NCBI RefSeq assembly: GCF_009914755.1 | Contig: NC_060925.1 | Strand: one strand, 5' to 3' | Length of the DNA stretch: 64,000 nucleotides | Origin: the human T2T-CHM13v2.0 reference genome, Homo sapiens | Shown here: piece after piece, positions 32,503-44,839 of the stretch | Layout: every line of letters begins with the position of its first letter | How positions within the stretch are numbered: position 1 is the first letter of the stretch | Position numbers and translations under genes: made by a program | Notes under the pieces: model-generated | Databases searched by the model: none | Told to the model about the DNA's origin: nothing | What the model saw: only the letters and a program-made list of their open reading frames with translations

Positions 32503-33619
32503 TCAAGTGACCAGATGGCTCCAGGATTCAGTCTTGCCTCCTCTCTGGCATCATTTACTTCTTGAGAGAGGAGAATCTGTGATGTGGGCTTAAGTTGGAC
32601 CTGGGCTGAGAGGAAAAGCAGTGGGAGGGTGGAGCTCCAAGGAGATGGGGAAGGCCTTAGAAGAAGCACTGATTTTATATAAGAAATGGAATTTCCGTAA
32701 AGGGTGATTTTAAAAAATCACTTAAACCTAGAGTCTGGCTAAGGTCCACGCACTGGCTAAGATCAACATTAGCCCATTAATGAGTAGACTCGGAGAAACA
32801 GACAGAACATTGTGATGCTCTTGAGACTGAATTAGCATAACTGGATCTTGGCACATTGTGTATGGATGACCCATCTCTAAGCGTGGCTGCATGGAAACTC
32901 CATACCTTCTCCTGTACCTCCTCAAAGTTTTTTTTTTTTTTTTTTTTTTTTTTTGGCTCAGTATTTGTCTGATGGTTTATTTTTTAGAAAAAGTTAATTA
33001 TTGTAAAACTCTCTTTCTGTTGAGCTAATAGAGAAGTAGAAGTAATTGAATTAAAACACTTTTATTGAGTACAAAAACAGTGAGGCTGACTAATTTAATT
33101 ATCTTGGACTCAATGTTTTCAAGTCATTGAAAACATGTTCTCCTTTTAATTAACCTTCTGGGGTTTTTTTTTAAAGCTCTAAATCAGGCATTTATCAATG
33201 CTTTGCTCATGAACAAACATCTATTGAGTACCTTCAGGGTTGAGGCCAAGGCCAAGCAGGTCCAATCCATCAGCATGTGAAGGCTCTGAGGTCTGACCAT
33301 ACATATTGATGAGCATGCCCCATAGTGATCTGTGTGTTTCCTCAAAGTCATGAGACCACTGTGATCAGTTTGTGGAGGTACAAAGTGAAGAGGAGAGATG
33401 AACTCAGGAAAGGTCCACAGGGGCCTCTTCTCAATGAATCTGATAATCCCACTTTGTACCTCTCAGCCTCATATACCAAGAAACTTGCTGTTAGCACAAC
33501 AAGAATATCTCTGTCTCTTGAGGCAGACTCACATTAACCAGGCTCACAGAGGTTGATGTATAGACCAGAATGAAACCCTTAAGGATTGAGGAGTCTGAAG
33601 AGTTCTCTCTCTATAGTCA

Positions 33620-34162
33620 TGTCAGAGGCGTTTGAACAAGAGCAACTCCATCTTGAATGGGGCTGGGTAAAATAAGGCTAAGACCTGCTGTGTGGCATTC
33701 CTAGCCAGTTAGGCCTTCTAAGTCACAGGATGAGACAGGAGGTCGGCACAAGATACAGGTCATAAAGACCTTGCTGATAAAACAAGCTGCAGTAAAAAAG
33801 CAGCTAAATCCCACCAAAACCAAGATGGCAACAAGAGTGACCTCTGGCCTTCCTCTGCTACACTCCCACCAGCACCATGACAGTTTACAAATGCCATGGC
33901 AACGTCAGGAAGTTACCCTATATGATCTAAAAGGGGGAAGCATGAATACTCCACCCCTTGTTTAGCATATAATCAAGGAATAACCATAAAAATGGGCAAC
34001 CAGAAGTTCTTGGGTCTGCTCTGTCTATGGAGTAGCCATTCTATATTCCTTTACTTTTCTAATAAATTTGCTTTCACTTTATGGACTTGCCCTTAATTCT
34101 TTCTTGTGTGAGAACCAAGAACCCTCTCTTAGGGTCTGAATCGGGACCCCTTTCCGGTAACA
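33620..34162 (+). mobile_element. MER41A solo LTR
   Basis: tgtcagaggcgtttgaac...gggacccctttccggtaaca; TSD GTCA; lacks the MER41B GAS-containing segment. Confidence 0.9.
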
Positions 34163-34991
34163 GTCAGACTGCTTAGGAAGCTGAGTGATCACTAGAAGAC
34201 AGTCATTAAGCCTGGAAGCAGAGCCAGAGGGTGAACATGTGACGGTTTAATGGCATCAAGCCAGAGCTGAAAGAGGGAAAAAGCTTTGATTATAAATAAT
34301 GCTCAGCAGGTCTCCAAAAAGGTAAAGCCATTTGATTTATTTATTCTTCATTTCCATGGCTTTGTATATATATATATATAGGTGCTCAGTGAATGTTTGT
34401 TAAATCAATGAATATGTGCCAAGAAGGTGATCAGATCCTAAGGGCTAAGAAGGGAAAAACCAGGCAGTCTGGGAGTTGTTAAAGTGTGGAAGACTGGTTA
34501 CCCCATACCTTCGTATGGGTACCAGTGGTCATTGGTTTGAAATGAGGTGGTGTGACTGAAGGAAGAGGATATCAGCTCAGTTCTGAGTGACAAACATTGA
34601 ATCAGCAGACACTTATTGAGAACCAGGCAATGGGAGCATTGAGGGGACAAAATCTTTTTTCATGGCGACCCATAGTCTCACGAGGTATTGTTCTACCTTC
34701 GTCGAGAAAAATCTCCCACATCTGCTGATGGCAGACCACATGGCACTCAATAGACCAGAAACCAAGACTGCTTGATTTGCCAACCCTGGACTGCCCAGAC
34801 TTCATTCAGCAGAAGTCTAGCTTTTATGTGTGCAGTTTGATATAGGAGCTTTCTGACTGGCAAAGATGAATGTGTCTTTCTTGATTATTAAAATATTTTC
34901 TTTATCAAGTAACTGGGCACTCTGAGATTGAGCCTTAATATTTCTGTATGCTTGAAAGCAGAAAGAAAAGGGCTATTCTAAAAGTAATCCA

Positions 34992-35310
<319 letters not shown>

Positions 35311-35467
35311 TCATTTGGTTCTGAAAGTGGAAGCAGGCAGCAGCTTTGGGGCTAATTCATTCCTTGCTCAGCCAGGGGGATAACTTTGTGAGTCCTTTTG
35401 TCACACCAGTGTACATCGGGTACCTGTCCATTCTTGGGACAAACACTGGTGAAATAGACAAAGACAA

Positions 35468-35507
35468 AATACAAAAATTAGCCTGTAGTCCCAGCTTCTT
35501 GGGAGGC
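35468..35507 (+). mobile_element. 40-bp tailless internal Alu fragment between 18-bp direct repeats
   Basis: aatacaaaaattagcctgtagtcccagcttcttgggaggc flanked by tgaaatagacaaagacaa (35450-35467, 35508-35525). Confidence 0.85.
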
Positions 35508-35946
35508 TGAAATAGACAAAGACAAGCCTAGGTCATTCTTTTTCTGTTTAATAGTGTAAAAGGCTGTACATTCCAACTGACAGATTTTTACAATAAAGAA
35601 ATTGGCCAAAAATTGGCTTTTGGGTGCCTCTGGAATAGAATAGAGAAAATTGGAGAAGGGGCTCCTTTGAGGATAGTATTGCCAGGATTGGTGGTTTATT
35701 TCCCCCAAACAAGGGCATGCCACTGAGTGACTTGTTCACAAGTCTCCTTGCTTGGAATTATACACTCAGAAATTGCTTTGGAGCTCACTTTAGGTGCAGG
35801 AAACTTGTTATCTGGGAGACCTGCTGCAGCTCTGTGTCAGGCCTGACAGTCACCTTCATCTGGTGCATTGACAGTTACTGTCCCCTAAGCAAGATCATCT
35901 GAGATCCAAAATCCCCTCTGTGAGTTGTGTTTTCCCAGTGACCTAC

Positions 35947-36365
35947 TGTGTTAGTTAAGGTAATGCTAGCTGCTATAACAGACACACCCTGAACTCCCAG
36001 GGCCTTAGCACAATGAAAATTTATTTCTTGCATACTTCACAGTCCCAAGAGGATGTTCCTGGTCAGTCAGCCTTCCAGATGGTCATTCAGGGATCCAGGC
36101 TCCTTCCATCATGAGGCTCTGCCTTCTGTAAGTCCTTGGTGTTCTCTGCATTCTGCCAGTGGGTAGAGGGAGGCACCAAGGGGAAGAGACATCTCCATGT
36201 TACCTTTGGGCTGAAGGTGCCAGTTGTTACTTCCATGCATTTGCCACAGCTGAGAAGCCTTCCATGGCCCTACTGAGGTGCAAGGGAACCTGGGAAATGC
36301 AGTTCCTGTGAGTGCCCCGGCAACACCTCTACATGATGGGAAAGAAACAGAAATATTTGCCACAC
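35947..36365 (-). mobile_element. MLT1K/J-like MaLR LTR
   Basis: tgtgttagttaaggtaatgctagctgctataaca...cattcagggatccaggctccttccatc. Confidence 0.65.
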
Positions 36366-36943
36366 CTAGAAACACCTGGCATGGGGTAGAAAAATAGGAA
36401 AGGTTCACAATAAAACAGGGAAGGGGGCGATCTCAGGAGGGTGTGTTGAGAAAACACAATTCTTCTAAGAATTATTATTCTGGAGCTGTCCAGGTTTAGT
36501 CTAACTGAAGCAACACCTCTGAGACTCTGAGCAAAGGGATAGATACATGGGCCTAGAGCTGGTTTGATTCACTCTTCAACCCACTCCTGTAATCTCAAGT
36601 GAGGGACAGTCCTCAGGAGAGTGATGGTGTCTCCATTAAGGGGAAAGCCCTGTCTTTCTCATCTTGCCCCAACCATCCATAAGGCAGGAGAAATGTCCTC
36701 ATCCTATTTCCCAAGAACGAACCCTGCAGGTCTGGTGAGTGTGCTGTTGCATTCATTTAGACAACAGACGTTTCTCTAACATCTACCATGTCCTAGGTAC
36801 TATCACACAAAGGAGAGGTGCTTTTTCTGGCCCCCTGAGTTCCGGTCCTGGGCTGCTTACTAGGGCATTTGGCAACTCACTCCATCTCTCCAGCCCTCCC
36901 TTTCCCCACCTGTAAAGTAAAGTTCTTTAAATTCTCTCTAACT

Positions 36944-37163
36944 CAGTGGTTTTTAACCAGGGGCAGTTTTATTCCCCTAGAAAACATTTAGTGATATCTG
37001 GAGACATTTTTTGGTTGTCACAACTGAGGGGAAGAGGGTGCTTCTGGCATCTAGTAGGTAGAGGCTAGATACGCTGTTAAACATGCTGCAATGCTTAGGA
37101 TGCCCTCAACGTCAAAGAATTATCCAGCCCAGATGTCAATAGTGCTGAAGGTGAAAAACCTTA
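36944..37163. mobile_element. MER20 DNA transposon
   Basis: cagtggtttttaaccaggggcag...tctggagacattttttggttgtcacaactg...ggcatctagt...gtcaatagtgctga. Confidence 0.88.
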
Positions 37164-37634
37164 TTCTTAGCTCTAAAATTCTGTGATTCTTGCCAAGCAG
37201 AGAAGTCAGTCTGAATCTGGGATGCTGGAAATACTTGATTTCTATAAACTTGGTTAGTGGTGCTTCTCCTAACACAAAGATTCTGCCATTAGACTTCCCT
37301 CAGGTTGTTGTAGGGACCCGTCACTGGTAAATGTGTGTCACCCACACAGCAGCCACGTTAGAGGAGTGACCACAAATTCTTCTAAATGTCTAGCTTAAGC
37401 CCCTCTTGATTCAATTCATCCTGCCTTGACATGATTTACGGAACTAAAGCAAGCACGTGAAGATGGTGTGCTTGGGGTTTTGGTCAGTAGGAGCTAGACT
37501 TTTACCCCTCAAGTCTTGGTAGAGGGGGTGCTTTGCATAGATCCATTCCCATTCATTTCCTTTGTGCCCTATGTCTGAGGACATACAGCTGTGAGATGGA
37601 GACATAGGAGTGCTCTATGTCCACCCATGTCTTC

Positions 37635-38177
<543 letters not shown>

Positions 38178-39140
38178 TAATATTGGCTAAGGGAATCTTC
38201 CCAGATATTCTAGCAGAGGAGATTACAGACCTTACACTTCTGCTGCAGAAAATCACAAAATTTTTAGACTCTCCCTGGAAAGCTTGGGGCTGCAGCCTTG
38301 CTCCTCCCGCCTGTCCCCTTTCTGCAGCCCACCTGCTGCCCAAGGGTGCTGTGCATTCCGTCCTGGGGATCCAGAGGAAAAGGGGCTTTGTGGGGAGAGG
38401 AGGCAGGGATAAAGGAAAGTGCTAAGGCCCAGCCAATTCCTCCTAGGCTTGTAAAATTCCAGGGCTGAGTCCAAGTTCCCAAAATAGAAGTGAAGGGAGA
38501 GCAAACTTCCTGGCTGTGGTGGAGCCCCTGATGTGTTGAATGAAGCTGTTGGTTTGCAGGGTCTGGGAGGGTGTGTATGGGAGATGGGGGGGTCAGGGGG
38601 TGGTGGGGAGGGGCCTGAGTGACCAGAGGTGACCAAGATCCTGGGGGACAGACAGCACCTGGAGTGGTGACCACAGCTGCAGGAGCGGCAAGACTCCCAA
38701 CACTCCATGCTTGGCGGTCACTTCTTTCTTTAGAAAGAGATATTTTGCTTTCTGTGGGCTTGAGAAAGCAGCAAATGACTGCACAGTCATGGGCTGTGCA
38801 GGGCCATTGTGACATGTTTGTCCTGTGGGGGCAGCGAGTATTTGTGGATGTGGGTGGGGGTGTGGACGCTTCGTGTCCACTGGCAGCCTGAAAATGAGGA
38901 GCGTGCGCCTGGATGAATGTCTGCTCTAAACTCAACTGCTTGTTTATTCAATGTCCTTAAAAAGGCTCTTAGTTCATCAGCAGTGTATTAAAAGTGTATA
39001 GTTCAACAATGAGCTTTTTGTTTAGATATCTTGTTTCGCAGTTTCTTAGGTTCAGTAAACACATTTTTTAAAATGTCTTAATTGTCTCATGAAGATATCT
39101 GACACAGTTAAATAAAAACAAGTGTTAGATTAAAAAGCCA

Positions 39141-39846
39141 TGTAACTGCCCAACAGGTTCACCTTATCCATTGCCTAAACAGAGCCGATTAATCAAGACA
39201 GGGGAATTGCAATAGAGAAAGGGTAATTTATGCAGAGCTGGCTGTGCAGGAGAATGGAGTTTTATTATTACTCAAATCAGTTTCCCCAAAAACTCGGGGA
39301 TCAGAGTTTTTAAGGATAATTTGGTGGGTAGGGGGCTAGTGAATTGGGAGTATTGATTGGTTGGCTCCGCAATGAAATGACAGAGCGTCAAAGCTGTTCT
39401 CTTCTGCTGAGTCAGTTCCTGGGTGGGGGCCACAGAACTGGTTAGCAGGTCCAGGTGGGGCCATCCAGTTGTTAGAAATGCACCTGAAAACTCATCTCAA
39501 AAGGCCAATCTTAGATTCACAATAGTGATGTTACCTCCAAAAGTAACTGGGGAAGTTGCAAATCTTATCACCTCTGGAATAATGGCTGGTAATATTTAGA
39601 ATTCCAGCCCTTCTCTTCCTGACTTGGTGGCTGGTGGCCTGTCATTTGTTTTATAAGAATAGTTTAGCCTTTTAGGAAGGGCTATTATTTAAACTATAAA
39701 CTAAATTCCTTCCCAAAGCTGGTTCTGACTATGTCCAGGAATGAACAAGGACCGTTTAGAGGTTGGAAGCAAGATGGTGTCAGTTAGGTCTGGTATCTTT
39801 CACTGTCATAATTTTCTCAGTTGTGATTTTTGCAAAGGCAGTTTCA
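39141..39846 (-). mobile_element. LTR8-family ERV1 solo LTR
   Basis: tgtaactgcccaacaggttcacc...atcaagacaggggaattgcaatagagaaag...tgcaaaggcagtttca; TSD GCCA. Confidence 0.88.
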
Positions 39847-42306
39847 GCCAAGGCAGCCCTGCAGAATGAATGGACAGGAGACATTCGCCTGAATTACCCG
39901 GGCATTGACAAGTTCTCTAGGTTCACTCTTGGATTTGCAAATCACTTGCTGTGTGAATTTGGGGCAGTCTCTTCCTCCCAGTGTGCCTCAGTTTCCTTCT
40001 TTATTGGTTCATTCTATAAACATGATTTCAGTTGAAACATGCTAAAAGAATTGAAAAAAAAAAATCAAACAGACTGTATGTGCACAACCCTAACACCCAG
40101 GGGCTGCCTTCTTGTACTTAACTAGCAGTCCCTCGGGGGTACTGTTAGCTGAAATGCTAGTGAAATGACCGCTCTCCACAGATAAGGAATAGCTGATTGT
40201 TCCTCCCAGCCAGCGCTGGATTCCCTGGAACCATTCACATTCTCTTTTCCTCCTTCCTTTGGAATATACAGACATATGCCTAGCATGCTGCCTGGTATGG
40301 AGCCAGCTCTCAGCCAACACGTCTGAGTGAAGCTGCATTGGGCACACACCCGCGTGGGGCAGTGTGAGGCTGGCACTGCAGGCCACCCCAGGCAGATGCC
40401 TTCCTGCTGGCACTGACTGAAGGCCTGAGGGATTCCCTGGGCAAAGCCAGAGAATCAAATGGCCCCTATATGAGATGTTTTCTCCCATTGGAAACTAAGT
40501 CATTTTGTCACTTGTCCCAACCTTCCTCTTCTCAATCTTAAATACAGCTTGTGCCTTTGGCTTACGTATTTCTTTGCATTGGCTCGGCATGGCTCATAAA
40601 CGTCCAAGGGTAGGGTCATATGTGTCAGACATGCTGCTAGTTTCTCATCCCACAAAGCTTCAATATGAGCTGGGTATGACCTCCCTCTTGGTATCAAGGA
40701 GGCTAGTATCAGAGAATTCGAGCAGCTAGTTCAAAGTCAAACAGCTGTCAGGAGCTGGGGCTGCGATTTGAACCTGGGCAGAGAGCAAAGCCCACACTCA
40801 TTCTATTTCATGCGGCTTTCTCCTTCTGCCTGAAGTCACGTTCCCCTGATCCTGAAGGTTACCGCAGGCGTGTGTGTCCTGGAGAGTCTTCAAGGGTCTC
40901 CCCATCCCTAGTGAAGCCTTCTAAATTTCACAGCTCTGACCACAGCAGCCCACCATCAGGCTGTGTGCCCTGGTGTGCCTGGCAGGCTCTATGCAAACAG
41001 AACCATTTTTGATACTAGTGATGTTAACATATCATAGGTTTATGTAATTATTATTGTTACTTTGGTCTTGATTTCCTCTTGCCAGACACGATGTCTAAAC
41101 AGGAAAGACCAGCTTTCCTGTTGGGAGATCAGTGACTTCCAGAAGGAGTTGGCTTAGGGAGCTCCTCTCCACGCCCCCTCCCCTTCTTGTGGTTTTCAAA
41201 GATTCCTTTTCAGTCTTGAAGATGAGTGGGAAATACCAATAATAGCCCCTGGGAAAGGAAGGAACCCCACAGCGGGCCAGTTCAGGGGATGCCTCTGCAG
41301 CAAGTGATGGGCTCTGTTCCAGGAACCCCTCCCTTCCATCCTTCTGTGCGGGCCACTCCACGTCCACAGGGAGAGAGGTGGCCCGCCCAACCCTGAGTGT
41401 GCAACCCGAGGGCAGCTGGGGATGAGTGTCGTGGCGCCCCTCGTGGCCATCTGTCGGTACCTGTGCCTCGCGCAGGGTCTGTGGCTCAAGTTGTGAATGG
41501 TGGGGCTGGGTGTGGCGAGGCCTCCGGCCTGGAGTCTAACTTCTGGGTTCTAGGCAAGGTTAAGGTCCTTCCCCATCACTCCACGCTATGAAGCTCTAAT
41601 TCTTTCATTTAACTTCTCACTCATTGAACAACTATTACATAAAAGGCATTGCCTGCAGTAGAGGCTCTGAGACACCAAAATGAATCCAGCAGTCCTCCTT
41701 GGAGGCTACAGAGGCAGACAGGGAGAGCCACACAGGCACACAGTGAGGCCAGACACGAAGGCCAGGGAGCAGGGGAACAGAAGTGAGGCCGGCAGATCTC
41801 TGGGTCCAGGACCCTTGCCCTGGCCATGAGGTGGAGGGTGCAGCAGGCTTCAGCCCCAGAGGGCCACCTCGCGTCCCCAAGAGGCAGGGGTTGGCTAGGG
41901 CTCCAGGGGACCCTTTCTCTGGGGCCATATATGAGGGTGGGTTCTACTCGGTCCTGTGAGCACCCTTGGGCTGCCTGCTCTGCCTTGCCAGGCTCTGCCT
42001 GCCTTCCTGGTGCCACATGGGGCTGGGTGTGGGGAGCAGGGGAAGGAGAGCCACGTTCCCCTCCTGTCCCAGAGACTCTTAGAGAGATGAGGTAATGTCT
42101 GTAGCTGCCCTGGGGAGGGGATGGGACATGCACAGTGAGGCGACCATCCGACTCTCACTCCATGCTGCATAGGGACCCTGCACTCTGGGTTTCAATGCAT
42201 TCCGTTACCCTCGTTTCCTCCTCCGGAAGCCGCCACAACATGCTAATCCTTCAGCAGAGCTGCAAGGGACAGAGAGGGAATGGAATCAATATTTATGAGG
42301 CCTTCA

Positions 42307-42609
<303 letters not shown>

Positions 42610-44839
42610 TTATGAGGCCCTCAGGAAACCTGGGGGTCCATCCATCAACGCCAATCTGTGACCTCGTTCAGATGTTTCTCCAGCTCTGGCTGCTGGAACG
42701 TTTATTCCTCCATCAGGGCTTGGGCCATTCCAGGCTGGGGAGAAGAGGCCAGAGGGAGGAGGGAGGCCCCCAGCCAGGTTCCGGCTTGGGCAGTGCAGCC
42801 AGCAGAGGGGCTTAGGAGCAGCAGGCAGTGGAGTCCTGAGCAGAAGCAGGAGGGTTGCAGGGCTGTGCTGGCACCAGCCGTGGTACAACTGGGGCATGGA
42901 TGATGACTGAAGATGGTCAGGTAGAGGAGAGTTGAAGCTTCTACCCTACATGTGTGCTCACTGTTCAGGAGACTCATCAGCGCTGCTTTACAGTGTGGTC
43001 GCTGGCTTTTCCCAAGAGAAAGAGGAAACTGCCAGGACTGCTAAAGGCTGGGCCCAGGACTGCTGCTCCTTCTATGGCTCGACACAGGGGGAAGGGGGAC
43101 AGCCTCGCTTCTTGCTGGGGCTGATCACAGGGGAAGAGGGGTCCAAGGCCACCATTGGAGACCACGCATTCTACGTGAGGGCCACGGGTCCCCCTGTGTC
43201 TGCCTTTCCACGTGGGGAGGGGTACATAGCAGCTGTGAACCTCTCATCTGCTGCCCCAGGCTTTTGGATCCTGTCAATGCACAGACTCTGACAGACTCAA
43301 ACATCTGCCTTCCAGCCTCGGCCATGTACTCTGGTGACTTCCCCAGAATGAGTGTGGCAGGTCGCCTTGATCCAAGTAGCTGCCAACTCACCCTTGCCCT
43401 CTTAAACAGCCCCTTTGTGGACAGTGGTCAGTGACAGAGACATGGGTGACCTGCTGAGTGGGAAGGGAAGGCTCCTCTCTGGAGGTTCAGAGGTGGAATT
43501 CAGACCCGCAGGCCAAAGTCTCAGAAGGCAGATTTTACGCCCACGCAGGAGTGAAGAATAAACTCTTTAATACTGGAGTGGTCTGATTTCCAAAAGGGGG
43601 TGCCCTGTCCCTAGAAGTGTTCACACAGAGGCCGGATCATCCCTGCCGGGAGAATGAGAATGAATTCCTACACTCGTGGAGAGGCTGGACTCTTTAAACT
43701 TCCAAGATTCCTCACGCTTTTAATCATCCTTCATTCTAATTATCCAGACCCTATTTGGTGACAATTATCATTTGCAAGTCCCAGCAATCCTCATTTTGGG
43801 GGCCAATCCCTAGTTGCTTGTGTAAGTAAGCATTGTTGAGAAAAGGGTCCAACAGCTGGAATCCAGGAAGGCCCTACCTACCTAGGCACCATGTTAATGC
43901 CCAGCTAGTCAGTTGGGTCCAAGCGGCTTTGAGTATTTCTATTTTAATATAACTGCATGAAATTCGCGCACCCGGGAAAGAGCTCGTGCGGGGTCACTGA
44001 GCACCTTCTTTTCTTGGCCCTGAGGTTGGGCTGGGGGTGGAAAGGACCCTCAGCTCAGAGCCCTCCGTGAGGCCCCCAGCATCTACTGCATCACAGATTG
44101 GACTGTCCCCAGCCACAGGACAGGGCTCAGGCCTCCCAGTTCTCCAAGAAGCGCATTCCCTGGGGTTGGCCCACAGGACCGGGCTTCTCCGTTCACCTTT
44201 TCTCTTGGATTCGTGCACCACCTTGGCTGTACTGAGAAGCAGTAGTGTGAGCAACCAGGTTTGAAGGCCACAGGCTCTGACCCCAATGCCCACCCTGTGC
44301 TGCTCCGGAGGAACTCTCTGGGGTCTCCTGCCCCTCAGGCTCCAATGCCGGCCCCAGCCTCACTCTGCCAGGGCCATGGATCCTGCCCTCACAGCCCTGG
44401 GGGGGAAGGACCAGTGCCCAGGCAAAGCTCCATGCCTGGCTCACACAGGCCCACAGGAGAGGGAGGAAAAGTCTCCCTCATGAGTAGCCAGGGTCAGGGT
44501 CCAATGAGGGCCCTTAACATGTAAAAGATGTAGCTTGAGCTCAATCAGCTTTAACCTTGTCTTTCCATTACCTCATAAAGTAGCATGGAACTCTTGACAA
44601 AAGTAGCAAAGCTCTGAGGAGATGTGCGCTTACTGGCTTTCTAGCATATTCCAAAGTTCTCTCTGCCTCCAGGTGTGTTGCTGCTGCAGGGCTGCAGGTA
44701 GGCATGGGCCGGGCTGCAACTTGGGGCTCTTCTGAGGACCTGGGACTCTCCCCGGGAAGGGCGGCCGTGCAGCTGTTTCTAGATCAGCGAGGATTTCACC
44801 ACAGGACTCCCATTCTGTGATCGTGCTTCCAGGCTGACC

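Noticed and set aside
33620-34162. MER41 as an interferon-gamma/STAT1 enhancer
   Set aside because: Reads aagggggaagcatgaata, i.e. the MER41A form without the tandem GAS segment found in MER41B
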